Origin: Camelus dromedarius
Lineage: Eukaryota
Assembly: GCF_036321535.1 (NCBI RefSeq)
Contig: NC_087436.1
Span: forward strand, 34,226,001-34,286,000
Length of the DNA: 60,000 nt
Direction: 5' to 3'
The translations under genes were made by a program, and so were the position numbers. The notes below the pieces were generated by a model. That model saw only the letters and a list, made by a program, of their open reading frames with translations, had not been told where the DNA came from and made no database searches. Below, piece after piece: positions 40,590 through 54,189 of the stretch (positions are counted from its first letter, which is position 1; each line of letters starts with the position of its first letter).

Positions 40590-40870
40590 TGTGGTGAAGT
40601 GTGACATGCATCGGAAAGAGCAGAGGCTCCGGAGTAAAGTTCATAGTCAGAACTCAGATCACATTCTGCACCATTTTGGAGGCAAGTCATTTAACCTCCA
40701 GTCCCTTTAAGACCCAATTTGTTTGGTCTTTCCATGGGAATAATAAAAGTATCCATTTAATAGATCTGTGAGAGGAACTAAATAAACAACTAAATGAATA
40801 ATAATGTCTGTGATGCAAAGAGGTTTAAGCAGTGTTTTAAATAGCCACTTGATAAATGTTATTCATATTT
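40590..40870 (+). mobile_element. MIR SINE
   Basis: ggcaagtcatttaacctcc...atgggaataataaaagta...tgtgagaggaactaaa MIR core. Confidence 0.7.
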
Positions 40871-41439
40871 CATGATGAAAGAAGGGCATTCCTTAAAGTT
40901 TCAACTGCTACATTTAGAAAAGGATGCAGTGCATGTTTAAATCAAATGAAACAAATAAAAAAACGAACTAGAAAGAAGTGATGGGAAAGGGCTGGTTCTG
41001 TGCCCAGGCATGAAATAAGCAGCATCGATGCTGAGATCAGCGTATGGCGCCTCGCTCAGACTCGCAACACTTTCCTCGTATCCTATCTGCTACCCAAAGC
41101 ATTCACACTTCCTTCATTCTAGGACTGAGCATAAACTCACTCGAAGTATTTATTGTGTGAATGAGTATATTATACTAAAACAGGACAAATAAAGCATCTT
41201 TATTGTCGAATTTCCAGCAGAGGAAGTAATTCTGGGGAGGTGGGGGGATTGGGAAAGAGTGAGAAGGGTTTTCTAGAAATCCTGAAATCATAACACACAT
41301 GAAACGTGTGCTGTTATTCATGATGCTCAGAGTACAACTCTGGTAAGACCTCGTGCCACTGAGGCTTCTTGTCTTTTTAGAGATTCTATGGCATGACTGT
41401 TACTACCTCTGTTACTACTAACGCTCCTATTAATGCTAA

Positions 41440-41650
41440 TGATTAGCATTGCTACTTGTTGCAAGTTGGACGCTGCTAGGTGTATTACAAACATTGTCTT
41501 TCTCTTTATAACAACCCTAAAAGGTAAGTAACTATGATTATTCCCTTTTTACAGATGGGGGAATTGAAGATCAGCAAGATTAGGTGACTTCCCAAAACCT
41601 ATAGCTAAATCAGGTCCTGTCAAATCCCTTGATTCTTGCCATACGCATGC
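41440..41650 (-). mobile_element. MIR SINE
   Basis: attattcccttttacagatgggggaattgaagatcagcaagattaggtgacttcccaa, reverse MIR core. Confidence 0.75.
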
Positions 41651-42224
41651 TTACTGTCCCTTTTCTTCACTTATACTTCAAGGACATTATTTTATTAGAA
41701 GACAAAGCTTGCCGTGATCTGCTTTAGCTTATTCAAATTTGTTTTATATCACCATAGACCAATTCAATTCTCAAAAATATATGTAAGTAAACACATGATG
41801 GGTAACTTGTTAAAATATGATATTCAAACATATTTTCTTTAAACATTCTTTTAAAATAGCATTCTGCAAAACATCTACAAAATTTAAAAAAAATTTTATC
41901 CTAGTTTTACCTATTTCACTACACTTTAAATTGTGTTTATAAACACCACAGAGCAATCCAATGTAATATATATTCTAAAAATGTACAGTGTGCAAATTAC
42001 AGGAGAGAAACTTTCTCTCCTTCAACTTATCAACAGCATAAGTTTATACACTTTTGAAGGTGCACCAACCATCAATCAGCTAATAAGTAGGTGATGGGTA
42101 GATAGAGAGATAGATATTAGAGATAGGAACAGATAGAGATATACATACATTATGTCCTGTCAGGATGCCAAAGACTAGTCAAATAATTTTGATCTATATG
42201 TTTAATTCTGCTTCTAAAATGTCA

Positions 42225-42377
42225 AGGTAGCCACTCTTCCTTCTGAGTGAGACAGACTGTATTCTGCCTACAGAATGTATATCTCCTAACCCTCTGGCCT
42301 CTCTCTCTCTTGCCCTTGGAGACGGCTCGCACTCTGTCTATGGATTGTGTATCTCCCTGAGTAAACTTGCTATTACT

Positions 42378-42429
<52 letters not shown>

Positions 42430-42430
42430 A
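42225..42430 (+). mobile_element. ERV LTR 3' (U3-R) fragment followed by a (TAAA)n tail
   Basis: cttggagacggctcgcactctgtctatggattgtgtatctccctgagtaaac resembles cetartiodactyl ERV LTR sequence; about 13 TAAA units at 42379-42430. Confidence 0.55.
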
Positions 42431-42769
42431 GTCCAAATAAATTGTGGCTCAGTTTTGCTCTGAGTTACCTGAGAAATTAGCCTTGACGCTTTCTACCCAA
42501 CTACTAGAAATAACAAGGCACTTTAATCTAATCTAAATGACAACTTTTGCCACATTCTGTTCACAGTGTGGATCAAATTTCAACAATCATAATGACAATT
42601 ATGACCAAAATCATAAAAATGATGGTGCTAAAATGAAGGGATTAACAGTAATAATTGTTAACGGTTAATTTAGGACATAAAATGGTCTGGATCTTATGCT
42701 TAAAATATACTATGTCCTTCAACTTGAGATCACTTTTTTGAAGTATGACGCTCTCTGTGCTCTCATACA

Positions 42770-43025
42770 AGACTCTTAGCAGAGGGACTACGAGCTGACA
42801 CTCCGGCACGAACTGTGTCGCTTACATCCTGAGTCTGCAACAAATCAGCTGGATCACTTTAGAAAACTGACTCAACTTCCCTCTACGTCAGCTTCCTTGT
42901 CTGTAAAAACTGGAAAATCATTATCCCTACCTTACAGGTTTCTTGTAAGAAGTAAGTGAAGTAAATATGGACAAAGCACGTAGAACAGAGTTTGGCTAGT
43001 AATAAATGCTTACAGTATTTGCTAT
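42770..43025 (+). mobile_element. MIR SINE
   Basis: ctcaacttccctctacgtcagcttccttgtctgtaaaaactggaaaatcattatccctaccttacaggtttcttgtaagaagtaagtga MIR core. Confidence 0.75.
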
Positions 43026-43145
43026 GATTATGCCTATTCCTAGGAAAACTCATTGAAAAATGACAAAGTTCATGACTTTCCATGATACTTGATATGGCTA
43101 AAGTCTTGGTGGGAAAAAAAAAAAAGAAGCCAAACATTGTCATAC

Positions 43146-46100
43146 CTGTGTATCCAGTTTTGCAAACACAATTGAAGCTTCCTGGAAAGTTCTGGCAGAC
43201 AGCGCCGTTCTTGCAGGGACTGGGCAGGCACTCGTTGATATCTCTCTCACAGGCCCGGCCAGTGAAGCCATCTGGGCAGCTGCACGAAAATCCTCCCACC
43301 AAATTGTGACAGGTCCCCCCATTGTGGCAAGGGGATGGGAGGCACTCGTCTATATCTATTTCACACCAGCTGCCGGCATAGCCTGGCAGACACTTGCATA
43401 AGAAAGGCTGCAAAGGTTCATTTGCCACGATGATGACTGGAAGGCTCTCGTGGCTCTTCGATTTGGAGCTCACGGCCAATCTCCTTACACAGCTCCCCCC
43501 ATTCAGACAGGGGCCGTGAGCGCACGAGTCGTGATCCACAGATTCTACCTTTACTCCACTCTGCCGGAGGAGGATCTCTCTGATGCTTTCAAAGAAGGTG
43601 GCTACACCACTGGGATTCACGTACTGATTATGGTTCCGCTTCACAGCTGCCAAGAGAAACGTTCTGTTGTTCCCTTCGTAGGCACCATAGAGTTGCACGG
43701 CCGTCCCGAGGCCGGTCAGCTGTGAGCTGGAGATGCGCAAGAAATGAAGGTAGTGGTTCGTCAAGAAGTCCTTGACTGTTGGTACTCCGAGACGCAGTAG
43801 GATGCTGTTATCCACTGTCGCGTTGGAAAATCCAGCAAAGAAAACTCGGATGTTGCTCGTGACGGCGCTGTGAACGCCATCATTGCTGAGGACTGTCAGA
43901 TCAAACGTGCCGTCTGTGGACCTCGGCTGGGAATTCAGGTCGCAAGTGCCCCTTGGAATACTGAAGAGGCTTGTAACTCCCGAAGTCAGGGAGCAGTGGA
44001 AGGTGTCTAACACGTCGGGATCCTGTGGCTTCACAGAACCTAAAATCCCACCAGGAAACAAGTTGCCATAATAATTAACAAATATCTCCACTGTCCGAGA
44101 CTGCGAAGGGTTGTCGTTTTGGTCTATGACAGTGATGTGCACGGTTCCCGTGGAAGACATCTGAGGAACGCCAGAATCCCGAGTAACCACAGACAGGTAG
44201 AAGTCTGCAATCTGCTCTCTGTCAATCTCTCTGGTTGTGCTCAGAACTCCAGCAGTGGTCAAACTGAAATAATTGGTAGCAGGACCCGTGCTCAGCAAGT
44301 AATAGGTAAAGGGGCCTTGATTTGGAGGGAGATCGGGATCACTGGACTGTAGGGTCATCACCAGAGTTCCTGGGCGTTTGTTTTCCATCACTTCTCCCTC
44401 ATTTATGGTCAACATAGGCCCGTTATCATTTATATCTTCCAGGGTAACCAATAAGGAGGCACTTCCTGTAGCTGAGGGGGTCCCTGAATCCACAGCCAAA
44501 ACCGTGAGATTGTAGATGGGTAGGGTTTCTCGATCTAATTCTGCAGTCACGGTGATCTGTCCTGTCTGGGGGTTAATGGAAAAGGCACCATTTTCATTCC
44601 CTGATCCGATGAAGTAAGAAAACCTACTCCAGCTGGGAACAGAGTCTGAGTCAAAGGCACTGACAAAGGTCACATGAGTTCCCGTAGGGACCCCTTCACT
44701 GATCTGAACGCTGTAGGTGTTTAGGCTAAAAACAGGTGGGTCGTTGGCATCAAGCACGGTGACATTTACAGTGACCTCATCTATGTCTGCACCCCTGATG
44801 CTGCCAAAATTCTTGGCCAGTACCTTCAACGATACCCTTTCTTCTTTTTCTCTATCCAGAAGTCCAGAAACATAAATTTGTCCAGTCTTCTTGTTGATCT
44901 GAAAACCCTTCTTTCTACTGTTTCCAAAAATCAAATAATGTACCTCCCCATCAGTGCCCAAATCACGATCACTGGCAAACACTTCTCCAACGATAGTACC
45001 TTTGGGAGCTGCTTCTGAGATTTCAAAATAGTAAAGTTTGGAAACAAAACGAGGCACGTATTCATTTGTCCCTTTTAATTGTATGTTAACAGTGGCAAAA
45101 CTGCACCTTTCTTCATCGGGGACATTGAAAGCTTTCACTGTAAGGTGGTAGCTCTGCTTGGTTTCAAAATCCAAGAAGCCTTGAGTGGTGAGGACGCCTG
45201 TGTTGGGGTCAATGACAAAGAGGTCACTGTCAGAGGACTGTACAGTATATGCAATCACGGCGTTGGTTCCAGAGTCAGCATCCGTTGCATTTAGGTGGAT
45301 AACTGTTGTCCCACTTGGGGCATTTTCCAGAACAGTGGGGAAATATTCATCAGGGAGGAATACTGGAGAATTGTCATTCACATCAACCACATTTACAGTG
45401 ACACTGCAGTAACCAGTCCTTGCAACCCATCCTCCATCTGTAGCACTGATAGTCATTTCATGTTTCTGGCATAGCTCATAATCAAGAGCTTTGGCAAGTG
45501 TTAATATACCCGTGGAGGAATTGATCGCAAAGATGCCTTCTTCATTTCCTGAGGAAATACTGTACCTAATCAAGCCATTCATAGCCGTGTCTCTGTCTCT
45601 TGCAGAGACGGTTCTGACAATGGACCCGACACTGTGGCTTTCAGGGATAGTTGTGCTCATGTGGCTTTGAGAGAATTCAGGCGTGTGGTAGTTTTCCTCA
45701 GTGACAATTATTTGAACGGTTGCTTGGGATGAAAGTGGAGGGTTTCCTTTATCCTTTGCAGTGACAGTGATCAAAAAGTTTTGATTCAAGTCAGATATCA
45801 GGGAAGATGCTACTGAAATCCACCCTGTATTATTGTCCAACTTAAATTTTCCCAAGTGATTTTCATCAGAAATGAAATACTCCACTTCGGAATTCAGTCC
45901 AAAATCTTTATCATCTACTGCAGTGACTTTGATTAATTTCGTACCAACTTTAACATTTTTGGTGACTGGAGTGAAATATTTAGTTGTAAGAAACTGTGGT
46001 GCATTGTCATTACTGTCCACCGTGTTGATGGTGACCGTTGTCTCGCTAAGTAATGAAGGATTACCTCGATCTGAAGATGTCACTATAAAACTATGTCTGT

Positions 46101-47495
46101 TGATGTTCACATTACTGAAGCCACTGACGTTTTGGTATTTTAAGACCTGCTTATTGAAAATCTCTCCTGTGGTGGCATTAATCCTGAAGTACTCTGACTG
46201 TGATTTTATGAAATAAAACACTTGTCCATTCGATCCTTCATCAGGATCCATGGCAGATACCTGAGTCACTTTGGAGCCAATTTCAGTAAGTTCAGGGCAG
46301 TCTAAATAATAGGACGGCCTGCTAAATCTTGGGGCATTGTCATTGACATCTGTGACAAATATCGTGACATCTGTACTTACGGTCCACCCAGAATCGTGCG
46401 CAGAAACTCGGATTCTGTAACGGTCTGTATCTTCTCTATTTAAAGGTCTACTAATGACAATATCCCCAGTGTTGGGATTAATTGTGAACGGAAGACTTGT
46501 GTCCATTATAGAGTATCTGCTAATTGCATTTACACCAATGTCTTCATCAGAAGTTGTCACACGTGTGACTGTGTAGCCTAACGGGGAATTTTCAGGAACA
46601 TGGGCACTGAATATTTGAGAAAACCTAGGAGCATTATCATTTTCATCTAAAATGTTAATGATGACCTTTACTGAGGTACTCTGAGAAGGGGAACCTTTGT
46701 CTGAGGACTTTATGGTAAGGACATATTGAGATATTTTTTCCCTGTCTAAAGGTCGAATGCTTCTAATTTCACCAGTGGCATGATTGATACTGAAACTATG
46801 TTCTGTGTTGCCATTAACAATTTCATAGTCTAGCTGTCCATTGGGTCCACTGTCCTTGTCCATTGCAGAAACAGTAAGTATTTTTCGAGGAGACAGGTTT
46901 TCCAGTATTTCAGATACAAATGGATCTTCCTTAAAAACTGGAGAATTATCATTGACATCTAACACTGTTATGTCAAGTTTCTCATAAGAGGAGAAAGGTG
47001 GGAAACCTCCATCTCTGGCCTCTATCCATACAATGTATTTTTGTATGTTTTCAAAATCCAGAGGTCGACTGATGGACACCTGCCCTGTTAACTGATCAAT
47101 TTGGAAAGTGCTGCCAAGATTCCCACTTGCAATATAATAGGACAAAGGCTCTCCTCTCAAGGAGGACCCCGTAATGGTCGTGACAAGAGTGCCTACTGGT
47201 TGGTTTTCAGGAAACATGAAAGTCTGTTCTTTGGCTCTGACTTTTGGGAAATCTGCTTTGTTCACAAAACGCACAGTCACTGTTGTAGAATCTGTCTTTG
47301 GAAACGAGCCACTGTCTTTCACATGTACAGAAAATGTTACTTCAGAGGCTCCATTTAGTGGTCCAGCTGCCATAATAGCTCCTCTCAGTGGGTCAATGTG
47401 AAATTTTTCAGAGTTTCTACCCGAAAGAGAATAATGTAGTTCAGAATTGGGCCCAATATCAGCATCCGTGACTGTAACCGCAAAGACAAAGGAAC
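43146..47495 (-). CDS. FAT4: FAT4 giant coding exon, 4350 nt (approx. exon 10): about 11 cadherin repeats, linker and three EGF-like domains
   Basis: ORF 42883..47517 with repeated LDRE/LDFE/LDYE, DxNDN and AxDxD motifs followed by EGF cysteine patterns (DIDECLPSPCHNGGTC, DINECLPSPCKNGAVC); tttacag|GTTCC acceptor, ACAG|gtatga donor. Confidence 0.97.
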
Positions 47496-48065
47496 CTGTA
47501 AAAGAGGCAGTTTCCAATTATAATCACATGGAACCAGATAAAGCACTTGGTAGTAAGTGAAAACACTGTATTAAAGCCGTATATAAAACACTACATGGCT
47601 ACCTGATATAGCTTTATTTTCTCATGATTACTAGGGGAGAACAGTATCTCCCAGATTGTCTCTGAAATTCCCAAGTCAAGTCTATTTAGCAAGTCTTCAG
47701 GGACTGACCTGCCATTATCTCACTAAACCCCACACAGTCTACTGAATTTAATATTTTTCAGTACACCTTTGAGAGAAACACAGGGAAGAGCAATGGCTAA
47801 TCATTTCGAATTATAGTTCCCAGGAGAAAAATCTGTACATAACTGACAACAAACACAGTAACACGTGAGTTCTGCAAAGAACTATGTTTCTGCCCAATGA
47901 AAAAAAGATAATTGCTCCATTATGTCTTAAAATAGTGTTGAATTACCTTTTATGTAAGCATGTCAACAAAAATAATATGTTTTAAAAATTACTGTTGATT
48001 CCTTGTACTAATTGTTTTTATAGCAAAACTCTTTTATCTGTTAGATATTACCATATGGAGATAAA

Positions 48066-48096
<31 letters not shown>

Positions 48097-48108
48097 CACA
48101 TACATATA

Positions 48109-48142
<34 letters not shown>
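48066..48142. repeat. (GT)n-(AT)n compound microsatellite
   Basis: Directly visible. Confidence 0.95.
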
Positions 48143-49433
48143 CAATTATAAACTAGTAAGTAATAAGAACTGAGAAAGAATGGACTCAATTAGGATTCCA
48201 AAACTTAGTGTTTGGGATGAGGGCCAATGGAATAGATTGTAGTTGCCATAGGACCCATTTTTGATATATTTATTCAGAAACCTTTCCCAAACCTGCACTC
48301 CTACCCCTACAGAAAGTTTGTGATACAAGTGAGATGTCTTTCAGTGAAAAAAAAAAAAGTTAGTGGTTCTGATTAATTATAGTACATCTAATGAGGAAAA
48401 AATGCTAAAACCTTATTTAATTGTACAGGAGATGCTCTATTGCATCACCACACATCAGATGTCATTAGAATCATTGCAACTGAAGACCTTATGACTGTGA
48501 TATTGGCATTTCTTTTGATAGAAAGTTGGCATGAAAATGTATGGATTTTATACTTTCAGTTGGTATCAATTAGATCTCCTGAAGTGAATAGAAGATCAAA
48601 GATCACTAGAGGAGAAATCTTGGATCCACTCTTTTCTAATTAAAGATATTTTAAAGCAAGGAAAATTGAATTAATTGTGCCTTTCATTTGTATATTCTCC
48701 TGTTTGAAAATTCATTTCAGGAATTACCAACGATAGATGATCCATGCAGTTCTTATGAAGGTAGGCCATTCTTTGCGAACAAGCAAATAAAACTAAACTA
48801 AATTTAAAAGAGATGCAGAAAGATAAATGCATATTGTCAATATGAAAATGATTCATTAACATCTCCATACACTTACTAACAGAAAAAGACTACACCCATC
48901 AAAACCAGAATAAAATAGTATTTATAGTAATAATTAATTAGAATGATTCCTTCAGTGAGCCTTTTGAAAATCTATCTATGAAGTGTTAAATAAAATATTC
49001 ATTTTCCACCAACAAATATTCTTGAATGCTTTTTACCTCACAGACAATGTTTCAGGTGCTAGCGTAGGGCATGAAAAAAGAAATAATGCCCCTCCTACTG
49101 GGGAACACAAATTACATTTCAGCACAGAACCCTCCTTGACTATGACGTGAAATCCATTTTAATATTTAGCAATATTCAAGTAAAATTAAGAAACAGCACT
49201 GGGAAAGATGTAGCAATTACAAAATCTTAAACACAATTGGTCTGGGAAGAAAGAATTAATGTAAAAGATTCAATGTTCTTTCAATTTCTTTAGGCAAGAA
49301 TTGGGTTTTATAGGATTTGCAAACTTAGGTTTTATCAGAAATGTACATGTAAACGTAACAAAAATGCAATGATAGAAAATCTCCAATCTATGTTTTTTAT
49401 TTATCTATGAGACCTCGGAGAAGGTCTAGTTAC

Positions 49434-49684
49434 CTGGAGGAGTAGGAGATGGGATGTGCGTGACATATGGGTGATGCTGAAATCTTGGCGGGTTGTCATT
49501 GACATCGGTCACAGTGACGAGCACACTGGTGGAGCTGGAAAGAGGCTCTGGAGACCCAGCATCACTGGAGACGACGACCAACGTGTAATTCTCTTTTGCT
49601 TCCCTGTCTAGCAATGCACTGGTGATGATCTGTCCTGTGGATGGGTTGATGGTGAACTGAGAATTTCCACCAATGATCCTATAA
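49434..49684 (-). CDS. FAT4: FAT4 coding exon, 251 nt (245 nt with the downstream acceptor; approx. exon 9), cadherin repeat
   Basis: Inside ORF 49426..49746: YRIIGGNSQFTINPSTGQIITSALLDREAKENYTLVVV...DVNDNPPRF; ttttag acceptor, CCAG|gtaact donor; phase matches both neighbours. Confidence 0.95.
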
Positions 49685-51889
49685 CTAAAACAGAGAGCAG
49701 ACATGGGTATATTTCTTCCAGGTTTAATGCTGTAACATCTATTCACTATGATTTAAAACCTTGGGCAGAAATGTCAAGGAAAACATTACAAGTGAGATCA
49801 CACAACAATGAAAGGTATGGCTAGTTCACCTTTATCAGAACATCACATTAATGATCTTTATCGTGAGACATCGTATGACCTCCAGCAGGTCCTCACAAGG
49901 TCTGTGTGCTTCTCAAATCATGCAAGTCCCCAGGATATACCCAGAAGACTACTGTGTTTTAAATAAGCGAGCCTGAAAGCATAAATCAGAGCCTTGCTCT
50001 AATACCGTGGTTAGTGGCCAGCATCACAAATGAACATCTGTTAAATGAATCTAGAAATTATTTTTCTGCTGTGCACCATAATAAACCAGAAAAGATCAGT
50101 TGAAGATCTTATTCTTTAAAGACCAAACGCTGTGTATTTGACACATACTGATGATCCAGAACAACTCAAGAACTGATTATTTATACAGAGACATTCCTAG
50201 TTACTGATTCTCTCATTTGCCGTTCCTCATATGGCTATGCTGCTTTGCTTTCTTGTTGTAAGGAGAGGTATGACATCTTCATGGATATTTTGATGCTAGC
50301 CAGATTGGTTAGCGGGCAGGAGTTTCCACTGAGAACAGCTTCTCTCTTCTTTCTGAAGGAAAAAAAAGCTATCTGTATATATTACCCAGAGATCAGCTCA
50401 GAAAGAAGTAGCCAAGCTCAAAGATTCAGAAACTGGCTTTGGTCCATAGTTTTTCAAGTTGGAGGGTTGCAAGGAAATAGATGTCTTTAAAAGTTTTCTC
50501 CTTTATACCAACAAAGAAAATGCCCCTGTTCGAACTAACTGATGCTTTTGTAGTTTGGTTTGTGTCCATAAAAACATAGCAACAGCAAGTGTCTAACAGA
50601 AATGGCAGGAAAAAAACCTTACATCCCAGCCAGCAGAGTGCACATTCCTCCTGTTTTAAAGTTCATGATTTGAAACAAACATTTTGGCATCTTCATCTTT
50701 TTTTAGAGAAATATGGACTATTGGGGAGCTGTGTTTTTTTAAATAGAGGTTCTATAAAATGATAGCTGAATAGAAAAAGAATAGAGAGGGAGTTTGGTTG
50801 AGAGTGTTTCAATATTGATAAAGTGCTTGCTGTCACTGAGATCCGAACAGCTGCCGGCATACCCACATGCTGAGGGCAGGAGTGAGTGAGTACTGGCTGC
50901 ACTTTCTGGGCCAGAAGGGACTCTTTATCAAGTATCAGTACCACCCATATACAGTAGAAGACATCCATTCCATTTATCAAAATACAACTATCAGAGCTTT
51001 GTAAACGTTTTCTTAAAGTTAGAAATGCAGAACTCATGAAATAATCATATTGCCTGGCCTTGTCAAGGAAGTCTGTAGAATCCTGGATTATGAGACTCAG
51101 GTGACTTTATTTTGGGAAACTTTGTTTCTGTCAGTAGTTGTAGAAATAACCAAATAATTAATAGTGGGAAAAAAGTAATTCATAGTGCCTCAAGCTTTCT
51201 TACAGCTTTATGACAGCAAAGATCAAGGGTCAATCAAATATTTGTTCCCTTAAGCACTCACAAATAAAAATAAGAAGGATGCAAAATGCCATGCAAATTT
51301 GATTTGGAAATTTTGTATATGAGAAGACTGTGGTATATTAGACGGAACAGTGTGTTGAAAGGCAAATGATGTCTGTTCTAGTTCAGGTTGAACTAAATAA
51401 TTCATTAAGGAACCTTGTATTTTATGCTACTGTGCATAAGAGTGTCTGTTTAAAAGTAGGTAATATATTTAACTATTTAAAAAAATTAAGGAATAAATTG
51501 CCATGTTGATACACAATTAATTTTTTCTAGACCTTCCTTGTTTCTCAAGTGTCTCATAAGTGCATTTTAAATATGAGGTATTCTTTAATATTTCACAATA
51601 TCTATAATACCAGTTTCAAGCAGACATACTTATAAGTTAAGAAAGAGAAAAGAGAAGCATGGGGACCAGGTACTGGATAGACTGCCAAGGTCATGAGTCC
51701 AGGTTTTCCCCGCCTCCCCTGGTTGAGTCTTGTCTCACTTCTCATCCTTCCATAGCTCTGTCTCCTGCTTCTCTGATCCACAATAATTTCTTTCAAGGTG
51801 ATGCACTTTGTCACTTGGTGTCTTGTGCCATCTTCCCAGCACCTAAGCATCTGTGCCGTTCTTAACAGATTTGCAGCGTCTTGCTGTGT

Positions 51890-52120
51890 TCTTTGTGTTC
51901 TTAGTGTGTACCAAGCACACTCCGAGGCCTTTCATATACACTCTCATTTAAGCCTCAGAACAATCCTAACAGTTTGGTTCTGCTTTCGATTTTTTATAGA
52001 TGAGGAATCTGAGCCTCAGGGAGGCTACTATAACTGCACAGAGAAGCATACAGTCTATAAGTGGTAGATGCAGACTTTGAACTTTTGTCTTTATGACTTC
52101 AACACGCATGCTCTCCATTA
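51890..52120 (-). mobile_element. MIR SINE
   Basis: ctcatttaagcctcagaacaatcct...tttttatagatgaggaatctgagcctcagggagg. Confidence 0.75.
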
Positions 52121-53102
52121 TCGTACAGTGTAAGGAAGGCAGGGTGCAGCCTGGTGTGTGTGGGGGTGGCGTGGGGAGCACCAGGAACGCGGTAGCTCCC
52201 AGCTAAGGCCCAAAGGGACTCTCGCTCAGACGTGTCGATGGAAAATTGGTTTATAATGATTTAGTTCGATGCAAATCAAACAAATGAGTTAATTTATTTT
52301 CTGACCTAAGTATAAGAAATTACTGTTTCAAATTCCTGGCGTAAACAAATCATTATTATCTAAAATCTAAATTGATCATCATTGCATGGATAAAGCTGAA
52401 ATATCCCCATTTGATTTTTTGAAGCTTTTTTTGCCTCTTCCTGAGATTTACTAGGATCATAAGGCACTGCACTGTGCACTGCTGGAATCTAGTCATTCTG
52501 TAATAGTTTAGAAACTATACTTTGGAGCACAGTTTCCCTGGACATGGATTTTGATCTCATTCAAGTACTTACATTCATAAAATTTCTTAGCCTTTCTGAG
52601 TCTTTTCTACAAAGTGCTGATCATATATGCATTTCATTCATTTGGTAGTTTGAGTATTAAGTGTAATTTCTTATGAAATGCACTCGCCATTGTAATTAGT
52701 ATGTGACAAGAAGTCAATGTTTAGGCTTACACGCGTAACAGAGTATATCTATGTACGTAATTATAATAATCTATTATATATAATCTGTTATAATCCATCT
52801 GTATATTCAGTTAAAGGGATGAAGTAATAATAGCTAGAGACATGGATAAGTAGGTTAAAAATTCTGTCCTCAAGTTTACATCCTTAGACGCAAGAGAGAT
52901 ACTTGGAAAAGTAAATGCAAAACCAGGCAGTATGTTTAAGTGCTATACAGTTTCTCAGAAGCACTGTTTTAGGAATTCAGAAGACAAAGAGACCACTTTT
53001 GAATAGAATGATGAAAAGGAGAAGGATAAATTTAGGCTAAGTTTTAAAGGGGTTACCCATCTTACAATAGTATTGCAAAGGGAGAATTAAAGTGTTCTAA
53101 GT

Positions 53103-53315
53103 TGGGAGTCAGAATTTTTTTTTTCTATAAAGGACACATTAGTAAATATTTTCAGCTCTTTGGGCCATCAGGTCTCTGCTGCAACACTCAACTTGCCATC
53201 ATAATGCAAAAGCAGCCGTAGGCACATACACAAATGGGCATGGGGATGTTCCAGTAACATTTTATTTACAAAAGTAGGCACTGCACCAACTTTAACTTGC
53301 AGGCTGCGGTTTGCA
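53103..53315. mobile_element. MER58A-like hAT-Charlie DNA transposon inside degraded L2 sequence
   Basis: ttttctataaaggacacattagtaaatattttcagctctttgggccatcaggtctctgctgcaacactcaac...ggatgttccagtaacattttatttacaaaa resembles MER58A. Confidence 0.75.
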
Positions 53316-54189
53316 GAATGGGAAGGGATGGAGAAGGACTTGAACAAAGCCATAATGCTTGGGAAAGCACAGATACTTTCCCCAGGAGCAGAAAGTGACC
53401 TGGTGAGGCTGAAAGTCTGGCTCTATATTGAAGATTTGTGCAGAATAAGCTTGGAAAGATGCCGGGGCCGTTTATGGAGTGGAATATGCAGACTGGGCGT
53501 TATGCCATGGGCAAACTGGAAGTTGAGAGATTCTGAGGAAAGGGGGGTGGTATCACTGTGAAAGCTGAGCCATTGAGCAAGTCAGTTCATGTTACAGCCA
53601 CGGCCCTTTCATTCACTGACTCAGGCTTCGCTGTATCCAGATGACTTCCTACAACATTGAGAGAGGACTCATAACATGTAAAGTATTACGTACCTTATTA
53701 AAGTAAAATTAATCATGTTATTATTACCCAACTTCAAACACTTCAGTTGTTTCTTCCGTTAGATGCGGAAAAGAAATGGGATTTTTCTCGAATGATGTAC
53801 AAACAAGGCCCGTTCCTAACAGCCACTGGCCACACCGAACAGCTTGGCTTTTCTGCTGCTGCTTTTGCACAGCTCTGGGCCTTGGCACCTGCCACTGTCT
53901 TTGCCTAGAAGGTCTGTCACCCCTTACTTGTCTGTAAACCACTTCTCTCTCTTTACAAAAATCATCAGTGACTTGAAGCTTCTACTGATCTCCACGGGTA
54001 TCCCTGGCTAGGCTGTTCTCTCCACCTATCCTGGGTTTAGACTACACCTGTTACAAGGTATTATAATTACAAGTCTGCAAAATTACCTTCTATGTTAAAG
54101 TGCACTCCTTATAAGAACTAGAGTGCCTAATGCCTCAGAACTTAACAAAATACCTAGGACACGGTGAGGTCTCCAAAATTATACAGTGT

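Noticed and set aside
43082..47401. Several 60-114 aa plus-strand ORFs
   Set aside because: Antisense shadows of the giant coding exon.
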